Shown in pieces: positions 44,982 to 57,635 of a stretch of 64,000 nt of DNA. The stretch lies in the NCBI RefSeq assembly GCF_003790525.1, contig NZ_CP033635.1; one strand, given 5' to 3'. Origin of the DNA: Escherichia coli (GTDB lineage Bacteria > Pseudomonadota > Gammaproteobacteria > Enterobacterales > Enterobacteriaceae). The stretch's first letter is position 1, and each line of letters begins with the position of its first letter. Under the pieces are notes generated by a model. That model did no database searches and was not told where the DNA came from. It was given only the letters and a program-made list of their open reading frames with translations. The position numbers and the translations under genes were made by a program.

Positions 44982-46343
44982 ATGTTTGATAATTTAACCG
45001 ATCGTTTGTCGCGCACGCTGCGCAATATCAGTGGCCGTGGACGCCTCACTGAAGACAACGTAAAAGATACGCTGCGCGAAGTGCGCATGGCGCTGCTGGA
45101 GGCGGACGTCGCTCTGCCGGTAGTGCGTGAGTTTATCAATCGCGTAAAAGAGAAAGCGGTTGGTCATGAAGTTAATAAGAGCCTGACGCCGGGGCAGGAG
45201 TTCGTCAAAATCGTCCGTAACGAACTGGTTGCGGCGATGGGCGAAGAGAACCAGACCCTGAATCTGGCTGCGCAACCGCCAGCGGTGGTACTGATGGCGG
45301 GCCTGCAAGGTGCCGGTAAAACAACCAGCGTGGGCAAGCTCGGTAAGTTCCTGCGCGAGAAGCACAAGAAAAAAGTGTTGGTGGTTTCTGCCGACGTTTA
45401 TCGTCCGGCGGCAATCAAACAGCTGGAGACGCTGGCAGAGCAGGTGGGCGTTGATTTCTTCCCTTCTGATGTTGGTCAGAAGCCGGTAGATATCGTTAAC
45501 GCGGCGCTGAAAGAAGCCAAACTGAAATTCTACGACGTGCTGCTGGTGGATACCGCCGGTCGTCTGCACGTTGACGAAGCGATGATGGACGAGATCAAAC
45601 AAGTCCATGCGTCGATTAATCCGGTTGAAACCCTGTTTGTGGTTGACGCCATGACCGGTCAGGATGCGGCCAATACGGCAAAAGCATTTAATGAAGCGTT
45701 ATCGCTTACCGGCGTAGTGTTGACCAAAGTGGACGGCGATGCCCGCGGCGGTGCGGCGCTGTCTATTCGTCACATCACTGGCAAACCGATCAAGTTCCTC
45801 GGTGTTGGCGAGAAAACTGAGGCGCTGGAGCCGTTCCATCCGGACCGCATCGCGTCGCGCATTCTCGGCATGGGCGACGTACTGTCACTGATCGAAGATA
45901 TTGAAAGCAAAGTTGACCGCGCGCAGGCAGAGAAATTAGCCAGCAAGCTGAAAAAAGGCGACGGCTTCGATCTCAACGATTTTCTTGAGCAACTGCGCCA
46001 GATGAAAAATATGGGCGGCATGGCCAGCCTGATGGGCAAACTGCCGGGCATGGGGCAGATCCCGGATAACGTCAAGTCGCAGATGGACGATAAAGTGCTG
46101 GTGCGTATGGAAGCCATCATCAACTCGATGACGATGAAAGAGCGCGCTAAGCCAGAAATCATCAAAGGTTCGCGTAAACGCCGTATCGCTGCCGGTTGCG
46201 GTATGCAGGTGCAGGACGTTAACCGTCTTCTGAAACAGTTCGACGACATGCAGCGCATGATGAAGAAAATGAAGAAGGGCGGAATGGCAAAGATGATGAG
46301 AAGCATGAAAGGGATGATGCCGCCGGGATTTCCTGGTCGCTAA
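44982..46343 (+). CDS. ffh: Signal recognition particle protein Ffh
   Basis: 453-aa ORF with GTPase motifs (GLQGAGKTT, DTAGR) and Met-rich C-terminal M domain. Confidence 0.96.
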   Translation: MFDNLTDRLSRTLRNISGRGRLTEDNVKDTLREVRMALLEADVALPVVREFINRVKEKAVGHEVNKSLTPGQEFVKIVRNELVAAMGEENQTLNLAAQPPAVVLMAGLQGAGKTTSVGKLGKFLREKHKKKVLVVSADVYRPAAIKQLETLAEQVGVDFFPSDVGQKPVDIVNAALKEAKLKFYDVLLVDTAGRLHVDEAMMDEIKQVHASINPVETLFVVDAMTGQDAANTAKAFNEALSLTGVVLTKVDGDARGGAALSIRHITGKPIKFLGVGEKTEALEPFHPDRIASRILGMGDVLSLIEDIESKVDRAQAEKLASKLKKGDGFDLNDFLEQLRQMKNMGGMASLMGKLPGMGQIPDNVKSQMDDKVLVRMEAIINSMTMKERAKPEIIKGSRKRRIAAGCGMQVQDVNRLLKQFDDMQRMMKKMKKGGMAKMMRSMKGMMPPGFPGR

Positions 46344-46401
46344 ATGACCTTATGCGACAGAGTTATTAACTGCTGATTGCATTTTCTCCAGAAATCAGTA
46401 A

Positions 46402-46728
<327 letters not shown>

Positions 46729-46746
46729 TCTGTCACGGTGGTCATG

Positions 46747-47295
46747 ATGAGCAAACAACTCACCGCGCAAGCACCTGTTGATCCCATCGTTTTGGGAAAA
46801 ATGGGTTCGTCTTACGGTATTCGTGGGTGGCTCAGAGTGTTTTCTTCCACCGAAGACGCCGAAAGCATTTTTGACTATCAGCCCTGGTTTATCCAGAAGG
46901 CGGGTCAGTGGCAGCAAGTCCAGCTGGAAAGCTGGAAGCACCACAATCAGGACATGATCATCAAGCTGAAAGGCGTTGACGATCGTGATGCGGCGAACCT
47001 GCTGACGAATTGTGAAATTGTCGTGGATTCATCGCAGTTGCCTCAGCTTGAAGAGGGTGACTACTACTGGAAAGACCTGATGGGCTGCCAGGTAGTAACC
47101 ACTGAAGGCTACGATCTCGGTAAAGTCGTCGATATGATGGAAACCGGATCTAATGACGTTCTCGTCATTAAGGCAAACCTGAAAGATGCGTTTGGTATCA
47201 AGGAACGTCTCGTACCGTTCCTCGATGGGCAGGTTATCAAGAAAGTCGATCTCACTACTCGTTCAATCGAAGTAGATTGGGATCCTGGTTTTTAA
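46747..47295 (+). CDS. rimM: Ribosome maturation factor RimM
   Basis: [34 protein letters not shown]... Confidence 0.93.
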
Positions 47296-47325
47296 ACCAC
47301 CGGATAAACGGTAAAAGACGGCGCT

Positions 47326-48093
47326 ATGTGGATTGGCATAATTAGCCTGTTTCCTGAAATGTTCCGCGCAATTACCGATTACGGGGTAACTGGCCGGGCA
47401 GTTAAAAATGGCCTGCTGAGCATCCAGAGCTGGAGTCCTCGCGACTTCACGCATGACCGGCACCGTACCGTGGACGATCGTCCTTACGGCGGCGGACCGG
47501 GGATGTTAATGATGGTGCAACCCTTGCGGGACGCCATTCATGCAGCAAAAGCCGCGGCGGGTGAAGGCGCAAAGGTGATTTATCTGTCACCACAGGGACG
47601 CAAGCTTGATCAAGCGGGCGTCAGCGAGCTGGCAACGAATCAAAAATTGATTCTGGTGTGCGGTCGCTACGAAGGTATAGATGAGCGCGTGATCCAAACC
47701 GAAATTGATGAAGAATGGTCAATCGGCGATTACGTTCTCAGTGGTGGTGAGTTACCAGCAATGACGCTGATTGACTCCGTTTCCCGGTTTATTCCGGGAG
47801 TACTGGGACATGAGGCCTCGGCAACGGAAGATTCCTTTGCTGAAGGATTGCTGGATTGCCCGCACTATACGCGGCCTGAGGTGTTAGAAGGGATGGAAGT
47901 TCCGCCAGTGTTACTGTCGGGCAACCATGCCGAGATACGTCGCTGGCGTTTGAAACAGTCGCTGGGCCGTACCTGGCTTAGAAGACCTGAACTTCTGGAA
48001 AACCTGGCTCTGACTGAAGAGCAAGCAAGGTTGCTGGCGGAGTTCAAAACGGAACACGCACAACAGCAACATAAACATGATGGGATGGCGTAA
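47326..48093 (+). CDS. trmD: tRNA (guanine37-N1)-methyltransferase TrmD
   Basis: 255-aa [32 protein letters not shown]... Confidence 0.96.
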
Positions 48094-48131
48094 GCCCCCG
48101 AGATATCAGTTTACCCAGGATAAGAGATTAA

Positions 48132-48482
<351 letters not shown>

Positions 48483-48511
48483 GATTTCGCTTAAGCGACA
48501 TCCTGTTAAGA

Positions 48512-48542
48512 AGGGCTGGCCAATTGGCTGGCCCTTTTTTTA
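48512..48542 (+). terminator. rplS operon intrinsic terminator
   Basis: Palindrome gggctggccaattggctggccc followed by TTTTTTT. Confidence 0.8.
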
Positions 48543-48558
48543 TCTATCAAAATTGCGT

Positions 48559-49041
48559 TTACGGTGCACTAATCACCACAGCGACGCGGCGGTTCTCGGC
48601 GCGGCCCTGGGCGGTCTTGTTACTGGCTATGGGATATTTTTTTCCTAAACCCTGTGTGGTGAGATTGCTGCGCGGAATTTGTCCACCCATAGCCCATGCA
48701 TCGGCCACGACATTCGCCCGTTTTAATGATAAGACTTCGTTGTAACTGTCTTCACCATAGTTGTCGGTGTGTCCATCCATACGGGCATGTGTTAGCCCTG
48801 TCGAGGCCAATTTGGCTGCCATGGTTTGGATTTGTTGCTGGCTTTCCGGGAGCAATTTGTAGTCATTTTTTGCGAACAGAATGGCATCTGATAAGCCCAG
48901 CGACCAGTCGCCGGCGGATTCAGTAAATCCATAAGATTGCATAGCGGCGACTTGCTCAGGAGTAAACTTTCCCTGAGGGGACTGGCAGCCAGTAAGTATT
49001 AGCGAGGTGAAAATCAGGGGTGCTACCAGGTGCTTTATCAT
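48559..49041 (-). CDS. yfiB: OmpA-family outer membrane lipoprotein YfiB
   Basis: 160-aa ORF with lipobox (LTGCQS) and OmpA-like C-terminus. Confidence 0.9.
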   Translation of the reverse strand: MIKHLVAPLIFTSLILTGCQSPQGKFTPEQVAAMQSYGFTESAGDWSLGLSDAILFAKNDYKLLPESQQQIQTMAAKLASTGLTHARMDGHTDNYGEDSYNEVLSLKRANVVADAWAMGGQIPRSNLTTQGLGKKYPIASNKTAQGRAENRRVAVVISAP

Positions 49042-49056
49042 ATCGATATATCCTTG

Positions 49057-50283
49057 TTATCTCACCAGCTTTTCGGCACGCTGGTGTTTGGCCTGATACA
49101 TATTGTGATCGGCAAGCTCTTGTAAATTTTCCGCAGAGGCGTGCTCAATGGTCATCGCGTAACCAATGCTTAATGTCATGGTAGTCTGATGGCCATTATG
49201 AAGATCAAACGGGAGATTAAAAATTTGTGTCAGTGCTGAGCATATCTGCTGCACTTCAGATTCCGATTGTACATCATAGAGCACCATAGCGAATTCATCG
49301 CCGCCCAGGCGGTATGCTTTATGTCGCAGCCCGCCAAATTCAGTTAACCGTTTTGCTATTTCAATCAAGACTCTATCGCCCGTCGCATGACCCCAGGTAT
49401 CATTGATATATTTGAAATTATCGCCATCAAGAAATAGTAACGCCGACGTTTTTCGGGCATCGGAACTGTTCATCAACGTGTTGATACCGCTACGAAACGC
49501 TGCGCGGTTAGCCAGCCCGGTTAATGGGTCATGTAGTGCGGTACGTAGAAGCTGCGCATTTTTGGCCTGTAAACGAAGCTGCCACTCTTCCATTTCATCC
49601 AGCAGACTGTTGAAGTCGAGAGCGAAGCGGTGAAACTCTGCGATACGTTCTTCCGAAACTCGTCGGGAAAAATTGCGGTTGGAACGCACATCATGTACGA
49701 CATCGGTGATGTTTTTTAACGCTTCAACCAGACCATTGTGCAAATGGCGGGTGAGGGTAATTGCGATGCCTGACGCTAGCAGAATGCAGGCGGTCAGGAC
49801 AGCGAGCGAAAACCAGATGAAATGGCTGATTGAACTGTCGCGAGCGGTTAAGCGAACTTCGCCAATGGTTTCACCATTGTGACGAATCGGCTGAATGATG
49901 GGGGCAGGGAAGAGCCAGTGGCTTATGAAATTACTGAAAGTATCGCCTGGATCCTTACGGGTGTAATGCCAGGATGCCAGAATATTTTGCTGCTTATCAC
50001 GCACTTCTGCAGTTGAAAATTGGCCTTGCTGCCCCAGCGCTGCCAGTGTTTCAGTTGCTGCAGGGCCATCGGCAAAAACGACCGCTGCTTCCAGACTGTA
50101 AGTCATTGTTGCTGCTGTCAGTGCCAGGTTTTTTTGCGCGTACTGTTTCAGGGTCAGCACCGAGGTCACGGAAAGCAGCAACCAGATCAGCATCATAGTG
50201 ATAAATATGCTGGTCATACTGATGTTGCGTAATGCTCTTTTAAACGTGGGGCGCTTATGAAGAGAATTATCGTTATCCATCAT
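49057..50283 (-). CDS. dgcN: Diguanylate cyclase DgcN (YfiN)
   Basis: 408-aa ORF with TM/HAMP N-terminus and GGDEF motif (LGGDEF). Confidence 0.92.
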   Translation of the reverse strand: MMDNDNSLHKRPTFKRALRNISMTSIFITMMLIWLLLSVTSVLTLKQYAQKNLALTAATMTYSLEAAVVFADGPAATETLAALGQQGQFSTAEVRDKQQNILASWHYTRKDPGDTFSNFISHWLFPAPIIQPIRHNGETIGEVRLTARDSSISHFIWFSLAVLTACILLASGIAITLTRHLHNGLVEALKNITDVVHDVRSNRNFSRRVSEERIAEFHRFALDFNSLLDEMEEWQLRLQAKNAQLLRTALHDPLTGLANRAAFRSGINTLMNSSDARKTSALLFLDGDNFKYINDTWGHATGDRVLIEIAKRLTEFGGLRHKAYRLGGDEFAMVLYDVQSESEVQQICSALTQIFNLPFDLHNGHQTTMTLSIGYAMTIEHASAENLQELADHNMYQAKHQRAEKLVR

Positions 50284-50791
50284 TTTTCTTCCGTGCGAGC
50301 ATTAAGACATCCGGGTTGACCTTTACACCGCTACGCGATAAGGCATCCAGGTTTACGGCAAATCTGACGTCATTATTGTGGATGATTAGACAAAAGGCGC
50401 TACCAATAATGCACTCGGTATTTTGTTCGGCAATTAATAATAACGCCTTTGACGGATATTGTTCGGTTAATTCCATCTGGAATGTCGGTGACTCGTTGCC
50501 AAAATAAAAACCATTGCAGCCTGAAATCATCGCCTCTTGTTGAGTGTGAATGATGACAGGTAGATAAGGCAAAGATGTCGTGCCATTCTCTTGTAGGGCG
50601 TTACTAAAATGTGAAGATGAAAAGATACATAACTTTGGTGGCCCTGATAGCGCAGGCCAGCGGGTGTAACTGACAATACCGGAAACCATCATACGCACGT
50701 TTTTCGCAACGTCAGAAGGTTCCTGAGCGAGTATTGGTGCTCCCGTCAGCAGGAGAATCAGCAGTAAGAACAGTCGGTGAGAAAAACGCAT
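50273..50791 (-). CDS. yfiR: Periplasmic DgcN inhibitor YfiR
   Basis: 172-aa ORF with signal peptide; overlaps the dgcN start. Confidence 0.9.
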   Translation of the reverse strand: MRFSHRLFLLLILLLTGAPILAQEPSDVAKNVRMMVSGIVSYTRWPALSGPPKLCIFSSSHFSNALQENGTTSLPYLPVIIHTQQEAMISGCNGFYFGNESPTFQMELTEQYPSKALLLIAEQNTECIIGSAFCLIIHNNDVRFAVNLDALSRSGVKVNPDVLMLARKKNDG

Positions 50792-50940
50792 TCAGGGATC
50801 CTCACCATCTTCGCTCGAAATGCATCGATATTTTTTCAGAATGCTCATTAAAATATCATTCTTTCATGCGGTCGTCATCAATGTGAGAAATAAAACACAA
50901 TGAGTAGAATCTCATGTTTAATTTATTTGTGGGGGTTTAA

Positions 50941-51306
50941 TTAATTTAATCGTATTGTGCTGGCATTTTCATCAGCCCCTTTTTGCCATACTTCATGCAG
51001 TTGGCTGGCATTTTCAACATTGTTGCAGCTGGCAGGAAAGCTTTTACCGGAAAGTCCTCGGGCATAAGTAAAATCGGTCTGGCAAGTTTTCTTTTGTCCT
51101 TCGGCATATCCTTTAAGGTATAGACCGCGATCCGCCTGTGAATCGCTAAATGCATCGTCATCTTTTATGGCGTTGCCCGATATCGCATCTTCCATACCAA
51201 CATCATACCAGTCGGTGCTGGTCAAGGTTGGCGCGTGAGTATAAGGATCAATCTGACATCCGCTAACCAGTAAAGCCAACAAGGGGGCGATAAACTTTTT
51301 CATCAT
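50941..51306 (-). CDS. yfiL: Lipoprotein YfiL
   Basis: ORF MMKKFIAPLLALLVSGCQ... (lipobox); start at the ATG preceded by AGGAG, shorter than the track ORF. Confidence 0.85.
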   Translation of the reverse strand: MMKKFIAPLLALLVSGCQIDPYTHAPTLTSTDWYDVGMEDAISGNAIKDDDAFSDSQADRGLYLKGYAEGQKKTCQTDFTYARGLSGKSFPASCNNVENASQLHEVWQKGADENASTIRLN

Positions 51307-51351
51307 TTCTTTCTCCTTTTTCAAAGCATAGCGGATTGTTTTCAAAGGTGG

Positions 51352-51421
51352 TGTAAATTTATTTATACATAAACAAGGGTTAAAAGCGCGAATAAATTGC
51401 TTGTGTAAAGAAAAATGTACG
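51352..51421 (+). promoter_or_regulatory. aroF operator region with TyrR boxes
   Basis: TGTAAAtttattTATACA (51352-51369) and TGTAAAgaaaaaTGTACG (51404-51421) match the TyrR box consensus TGTAAA-N6-TTTACA, upstream of aroF. Confidence 0.8.
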
Positions 51422-51515
51422 AAATATGGATTGAAAACTTTACTTTATGTGTTATCGTTACGTCATCCTCGCTGAGGATCAACTATCGCAAACGAGCATA
51501 AACAGGATCGCCATC

Positions 51516-52586
51516 ATGCAAAAAGACGCGCTGAATAACGTACATATTACCGACGAACAAGTTTTAATGACTCCGGAACAACTGAAGGCCGCTTTTCCAT
51601 TAAGCCTGCAACAGGAAGCCCAGATTGCTGACTCGCGTAAAACCATTTCAGATATTATCGCCGGGCGCGATCCTCGTCTGTTGGTAGTATGTGGTCCTTG
51701 TTCCATTCATGATCCGGAAACTGCTCTGGAATATGCTCGTCGATTTAAAGCCCTTGCCGCAGAGGTCAGCGATAGCCTCTATCTGGTAATGCGCGTCTAT
51801 TTTGAAAAACCCCGTACCACTGTCGGTTGGAAAGGGTTGATTAACGATCCCCATATGGATGGCTCTTTTGATGTAGAAGCCGGGCTGCAGATCGCGCGTA
51901 AATTGCTGCTTGAGCTGGTGAATATGGGACTGCCACTGGCGACGGAAGCGTTAGATCCGAATAGCCCGCAATACCTGGGCGATCTGTTTAGCTGGTCAGC
52001 AATTGGTGCTCGTACAACGGAATCGCAAACACACCGTGAAATGGCCTCCGGGCTTTCCATGCCGGTTGGTTTTAAAAACGGCACCGACGGCAGCCTTGCA
52101 ACGGCTATTAACGCTATGCGTGCCGCCGCCCAGCCGCACCGTTTTGTTGGCATTAACCAGGCAGGGCAGGTGGCGTTGCTACAAACTCAGGGGAATCCGG
52201 ACGGGCATGTGATCCTGCGCGGTGGTAAAGCGCCGAACTATAGCCCTGCGGATGTTGCGCAATGTGAAAAAGAGATGGAACAGGCGGGACTGCGCCCGTC
52301 TCTGATGGTAGATTGCAGCCACGGTAATTCCAATAAAGATTATCGCCGTCAGCCTGCGGTGGCAGAATCCGTGGTTGCTCAAATCAAAGATGGCAATCGC
52401 TCAATTATTGGTCTGATGATTGAAAGTAATATCCACGAGGGCAATCAGTCTTCCGAGCAACCGCGCAGTGAAATGAAATACGGTGTATCCGTCACCGATG
52501 CCTGCATTAGTTGGGAAATGACCGATGCCTTGCTGCGTGAAATTCATCAGGATCTGAACGGGCAGCTGACGGCTCGCGTGGCTTAA
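51516..52586 (+). CDS. aroF: Tyr-sensitive DAHP synthase AroF
   Basis: [33 protein letters not shown]...; track ORF over-extended upstream. Confidence 0.95.
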   Translation: MQKDALNNVHITDEQVLMTPEQLKAAFPLSLQQEAQIADSRKTISDIIAGRDPRLLVVCGPCSIHDPETALEYARRFKALAAEVSDSLYLVMRVYFEKPRTTVGWKGLINDPHMDGSFDVEAGLQIARKLLLELVNMGLPLATEALDPNSPQYLGDLFSWSAIGARTTESQTHREMASGLSMPVGFKNGTDGSLATAINAMRAAAQPHRFVGINQAGQVALLQTQGNPDGHVILRGGKAPNYSPADVAQCEKEMEQAGLRPSLMVDCSHGNSNKDYRRQPAVAESVVAQIKDGNRSIIGLMIESNIHEGNQSSEQPRSEMKYGVSVTDACISWEMTDALLREIHQDLNGQLTARVA

Positions 52587-52596
52587 GAGGTTTATT

Positions 52597-53718
52597 ATGG
52601 TTGCTGAATTGACCGCATTACGCGATCAAATTGATGAAGTCGATAAAGCGCTGCTGAATTTATTAGCGAAGCGTCTGGAACTGGTTGCTGAAGTTGGCGA
52701 GGTGAAAAGCCGCTTTGGACTGCCTATTTATGTTCCGGAGCGCGAGGCATCTATGCTGGCCTCGCGGCGTGCAGAGGCGGAAGCTCTGGGTGTACCGCCA
52801 GATCTGATTGAGGATGTTTTGCGTCGGGTGATGCGTGAATCTTACTCCAGTGAAAACGACAAAGGATTTAAAACGCTTTGTCCGTCACTGCGTCCGGTGG
52901 TTATCGTCGGCGGTGGCGGTCAGATGGGACGTCTGTTCGAGAAGATGCTGACACTATCGGGTTATCAGGTGCGGATTCTGGAGCAACATGACTGGGATCG
53001 CGCGGCTGATATTGTTGCCGATGCCGGAATGGTGATTGTTAGTGTGCCAATCCACGTTACTGAGCAAGTTATCGGCAAATTACCGCCTTTACCGAAAGAT
53101 TGTATTCTGGTCGATCTGGCATCGGTGAAAAATGGACCATTACAGGCCATGCTGGCGGCGCATGATGGTCCGGTGCTGGGGTTACACCCGATGTTCGGCC
53201 CGGACAGCGGTAGCCTGGCAAAGCAAGTTGTGGTCTGGTGTGATGGACGTAAGCCGGAAGCATACCAATGGTTTCTGGAGCAAATTCAGGTCTGGGGCGC
53301 TCGGCTGCATCGTATTAGCGCTGTCGAGCACGATCAGAATATGGCGTTTATTCAGGCTCTGCGCCACTTTGCTACTTTTGCTTATGGGCTGCACCTGGCA
53401 GAAGAAAATGTTCAGCTTGAGCAACTTCTGGCGCTTTCTTCGCCGATTTACCGCCTTGAGCTGGCGATGGTTGGGCGACTGTTTGCCCAGGATCCGCAAC
53501 TGTATGCCGACATTATTATGTCGTCAGAGCGTAATCTGGCGTTAATCAAACGTTACTATAAGCGTTTCGGCGAGGCGATTGAGTTGCTGGAGCAGGGCGA
53601 TAAGCAGGCGTTTATTGACAGTTTCCGCAAGGTGGAGCACTGGTTCGGCGATTACGCACAGCGTTTTCAGAGTGAAAGCCGCGTGTTATTGCGTCAGGCG
53701 AATGACAATCGCCAGTAA
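52597..53718 (+). CDS. tyrA: Chorismate mutase / prephenate dehydrogenase TyrA
   Basis: 373-aa [33 protein letters not shown]... Confidence 0.95.
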   Translation: MVAELTALRDQIDEVDKALLNLLAKRLELVAEVGEVKSRFGLPIYVPEREASMLASRRAEAEALGVPPDLIEDVLRRVMRESYSSENDKGFKTLCPSLRPVVIVGGGGQMGRLFEKMLTLSGYQVRILEQHDWDRAADIVADAGMVIVSVPIHVTEQVIGKLPPLPKDCILVDLASVKNGPLQAMLAAHDGPVLGLHPMFGPDSGSLAKQVVVWCDGRKPEAYQWFLEQIQVWGARLHRISAVEHDQNMAFIQALRHFATFAYGLHLAEENVQLEQLLALSSPIYRLELAMVGRLFAQDPQLYADIIMSSERNLALIKRYYKRFGEAIELLEQGDKQAFIDSFRKVEHWFGDYAQRFQSESRVLLRQANDNRQ

Positions 53719-53760
53719 TAATCCAGTGCCGGATGATTCACATCATCCGGCACTTTTTCA

Positions 53761-54921
53761 TCAGGTTGGATCAACAGGCACTACGTTCTCACTTGGGTAA
53801 CAGCCCAATACCTTCATCGAACGGGTGATTTCCCCTAACTCTTTCAATGCTTTTTGCATTTCCGCTGATTCAAGATTGGCCTGAATATCCAGATAAAACA
53901 TCTCTTCCCACGGATTACCGTGAATCGGACGTGATTCCAGACGGGTCATAATTAGACTGTGGTTGCGCAGTACCAGCAACGCTTCAACCAGTGCACCAGC
54001 TTGTTGTCCGGTCGCCATTAACAACGTCGTTTTCGCCGGAACCTGGTCAGAAACGTTAATGGCTTTACGTGCCAACACCACAAATCGGGTGAAGTTTTGT
54101 CGCTGATTCGCTTCAATACGCTCCAGTACCTGCAAACCGTACAAAGTGCCGCCAGCTTCGCTTCCCAACGCAGCAACATGCGGTGATTTTGCCTGTGCAA
54201 CCTTTTCCATTGCCGCAGACGTACTTTCGGTATATTCAATCTTCCAGTGCGGATAACGATTAAGGAATTTGCTGCATTGCTGGAATGGCTGCGGATGGCT
54301 GTAGACCGTATTAATGGTGGATAAATCAGTAGTGCCGGAGACCAACAAACAATGATCGATAGTTAACGTCATCTCGCCAACAATCGACAAACTGGTATGT
54401 TGCAGCAGATCGTAAACGTCGTTTATGGCACCGGAGCTGGTATTTTCAATCGGTACGACGGCATAGTCGGCCTGGCCGGTTTCCACCTGATTAAAAATAT
54501 CGGCAAATTTGGCGCAGCCACTTTCAATGAATTGCTCAAAGTGACGCGCAGCGTACTGACGAGCGGCAAGATGTGAATAGGAGCCTTTGGGGCCGAGAAA
54601 AGCGATGCGTGCTGAGTGCGGATTAATTTTATTGAGATGTTGCTGGAGCAAAGCCTGCTGAGTTAATACGGAATCTTCAATGATGAGCTGGAACAGGCGA
54701 GTAATGTAATGGGCGTCCAGATGGTGCGCTTTACCGAGCGTAATTAATCTTTCCAGCAAATCGCGTTCACGATCAATATCACGTACCGGGCGATGCGAGA
54801 GTAGTTTGGCTTTTCCCACCTCGACGGCCAGTTCGCGTCGCTCTGCCAGTAATGCTAATAATTTTTCATCCAGCGCGCTGATTTTCTCTCGCAGCGCCAG
54901 TAACGGGTTTTCCGATGTCAT
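53761..54921 (-). CDS. pheA: Chorismate mutase / prephenate dehydratase PheA
   Basis: 386-aa [35 protein letters not shown]... Confidence 0.95.
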
Positions 54922-54942
54922 AGTGTTGCCTTTTTGTTATCA

Positions 54943-54975
54943 ATAAAAAAGGCCCCCCGATTTGGGAGGCCTTAT
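54943..54975 (-). terminator. pheA attenuator terminator
   Basis: On the - strand: aggcctccc-aaatc-gggggggcct hairpin followed by a T-run, between pheL and pheA. Confidence 0.85.
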
Positions 54976-55019
54976 TGTTCGTCTTCGCATTCTGTTTCAC
55001 ACGACGAAACGCCTCCCAT

Positions 55020-55067
55020 TCAGGGGAAGGTAAAAAAGAATGCGAAGAAAAACGGTGTGTGTTTCAT
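55020..55067 (-). CDS. pheL: pheA leader peptide PheL (Phe-rich)
   Basis: - strand atgaaacacacaccgtttttcttcgcattcttttttaccttcccctga = MKHTPFFFAFFFTFP; 7 Phe codons. Confidence 0.9.
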   Translation of the reverse strand: MKHTPFFFAFFFTFP

Positions 55068-55170
55068 GTTTGTTTCCTTAAGTGACTTTAGTACAGTACC
55101 CGTACTGTTTTCACGCTGTCAACAAAAAACGCGCCCGAAGGCGCGTTGGCGATACACTCAATATAAAGGA

Positions 55171-55566
<396 letters not shown>

Positions 55567-55782
55567 TCAAAATGTGTGATGGAAATCTCATAATCTTGTC
55601 ACTTTTTGTCAACGAATCTTTTTTGTGAGAAATCGCAGGAAGAGGTGTTTTTTTACTTGAGGAATATCTCAAAGCGAGCCATATTTGATGAGATCGATAG
55701 TGACTAAATCGCTTCAGTTTCACAACTAACAGAATAAAAAAACGGCAGCTCAAGGGCTGCCGTTTTGTGTTTCAGGTTTTTG

Positions 55783-56520
55783 TTATGTATTGCTGCTGTT
55801 TGCAGCGATGATTTTCGCTACTTTTTCAGCTTGCGCATTCATCTGCATCTGACGGTATGCATTTTCCATCAGCGGCAGCGCATCACGCGTAGCCTGGGTA
55901 TCCGGGTAGTCGCGCAACATGCCTTCTACGCGGTTAACGACGGCAACCCATGCACCACGTTCTGTATAGTACTCGGCAACGGAGTATTCATATTTCGCCA
56001 GACGATCTTTCAGGAATACCAGACGTTTGGTGGCATCGGTGGTGTACTGACTGTTCGGATAGCCGCGCACCAGTTTGGAAAAGTCACTAAACGCAGCTCG
56101 TGCATGTTGAGGATCGCGATCGCTACGGTCAACGCCAAAGAACCCTTGCAGCGCACTGTCATCCAGCGCCATATTGGTCAGGCCACGCATGTACATGACA
56201 TAATCGATATTCGGATGGGTCGGGTTAAGGCGAATAAAACGATCGATGGCAGCCTGTGCTAACGGCAAATCGGCGTTTTTATAGTAGGCGTAGATGAGAT
56301 CCAGCTGCACCTGCTGCGAATACGGACCAAACGGATAGCGATTATCTAACGCTTCCAGTTGCGTTATTGCCTGTCTCCAGTTACCGTCCTGCAGCTTTTG
56401 TTGTGCAGTCGCGTAAATTTCATTTGGCGGATTATCAGGTACTTCTTCCTTTGACCCCGAGCAACCCGCCAAAAACAGGCTTAGTGTGGCGGCTGCCACC
56501 AGATATTTCATGCGCGTCAT
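55783..56520 (-). CDS. bamD: Outer membrane protein assembly factor BamD (YfiO)
   Basis: 245-aa ORF with lipobox (LFLAGCSGS) and TPR-like repeats. Confidence 0.95.
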
Positions 56521-56654
56521 GACGTTTTGACTTTCCTCAAAATGTAATACGGGAGATTCTCTGTTCCTGCTCCCGGTTAAGACCAGCTACAATAGCACAC
56601 TATATTAAACGGCAAAGCCGTAAAACCCCAACGATAAACGAAGAAGCAGTATAT

Positions 56655-57635
56655 ATGGCACAACGAGTACAGCTCACTGCAACGGTGTCCGAAAACCAAC
56701 TCGGTCAACGCTTAGATCAGGCTTTGGCCGAAATGTTCCCGGATTATTCACGTTCGCGGATAAAAGAATGGATCCTCGACCAGCGCGTGCTGGTTAACGG
56801 CAAAGTTTGTGATAAGCCGAAAGAAAAAGTATTGGGTGGCGAGCAGGTTGCCATCAACGCTGAGATTGAAGAAGAAGCGCGTTTTGAACCGCAGGATATC
56901 CCGCTGGATATCGTCTATGAAGATGACGATATCATCGTCATTAATAAACCGCGCGACCTGGTGGTACATCCTGGCGCGGGTAACCCGGATGGCACGGTAC
57001 TGAATGCATTGCTTCATTATTATCCGCCCATTGCCGATGTACCGCGTGCAGGCATCGTCCATCGTCTGGATAAAGACACCACTGGCCTGATGGTTGTGGC
57101 AAAAACCGTTCCGGCTCAGACGCGTTTAGTCGAATCTTTGCAAAGGCGTGAAATTACTCGTGAGTATGAAGCGGTGGCAATTGGTCATATGACCGCTGGC
57201 GGTACAGTAGATGAACCAATCAGCCGCCACCCGACCAAACGTACCCATATGGCGGTGCATCCGATGGGCAAACCAGCGGTGACTCACTATCGCATCATGG
57301 AACACTTCCGTGTGCACACGCGTCTGCGGTTGCGTCTGGAAACTGGACGTACGCACCAGATCCGCGTGCATATGGCCCATATCACTCATCCGCTGGTGGG
57401 CGATCCGGTTTATGGTGGCCGTCCGCGTCCGCCAAAAGGTGCTTCGGAAGCGTTTATCTCCACGCTGCGTAAATTTGACCGCCAGGCGCTTCATGCAACC
57501 ATGCTGCGTCTTTATCACCCGATCTCCGGTATCGAAATGGAATGGCATGCGCCTATTCCACAAGATATGGTGGAGCTGATTGAGGTGATGCGCGCCGATT
57601 TCGAAGAGCATAAAGATGAAGTGGACTGGTTATGA
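56655..57635 (+). CDS. rluD: 23S rRNA pseudouridine(1911/1915/1917) synthase RluD
   Basis: 326-aa ORF with S4 domain and catalytic HRLDKDTTG motif. Confidence 0.95.
   Translation: MAQRVQLTATVSENQLGQRLDQALAEMFPDYSRSRIKEWILDQRVLVNGKVCDKPKEKVLGGEQVAINAEIEEEARFEPQDIPLDIVYEDDDIIVINKPRDLVVHPGAGNPDGTVLNALLHYYPPIADVPRAGIVHRLDKDTTGLMVVAKTVPAQTRLVESLQRREITREYEAVAIGHMTAGGTVDEPISRHPTKRTHMAVHPMGKPAVTHYRIMEHFRVHTRLRLRLETGRTHQIRVHMAHITHPLVGDPVYGGRPRPPKGASEAFISTLRKFDRQALHATMLRLYHPISGIEMEWHAPIPQDMVELIEVMRADFEEHKDEVDWL

Noticed and set aside
44994-45608. 204-aa - strand ORF
   Set aside because: Antisense to ffh.
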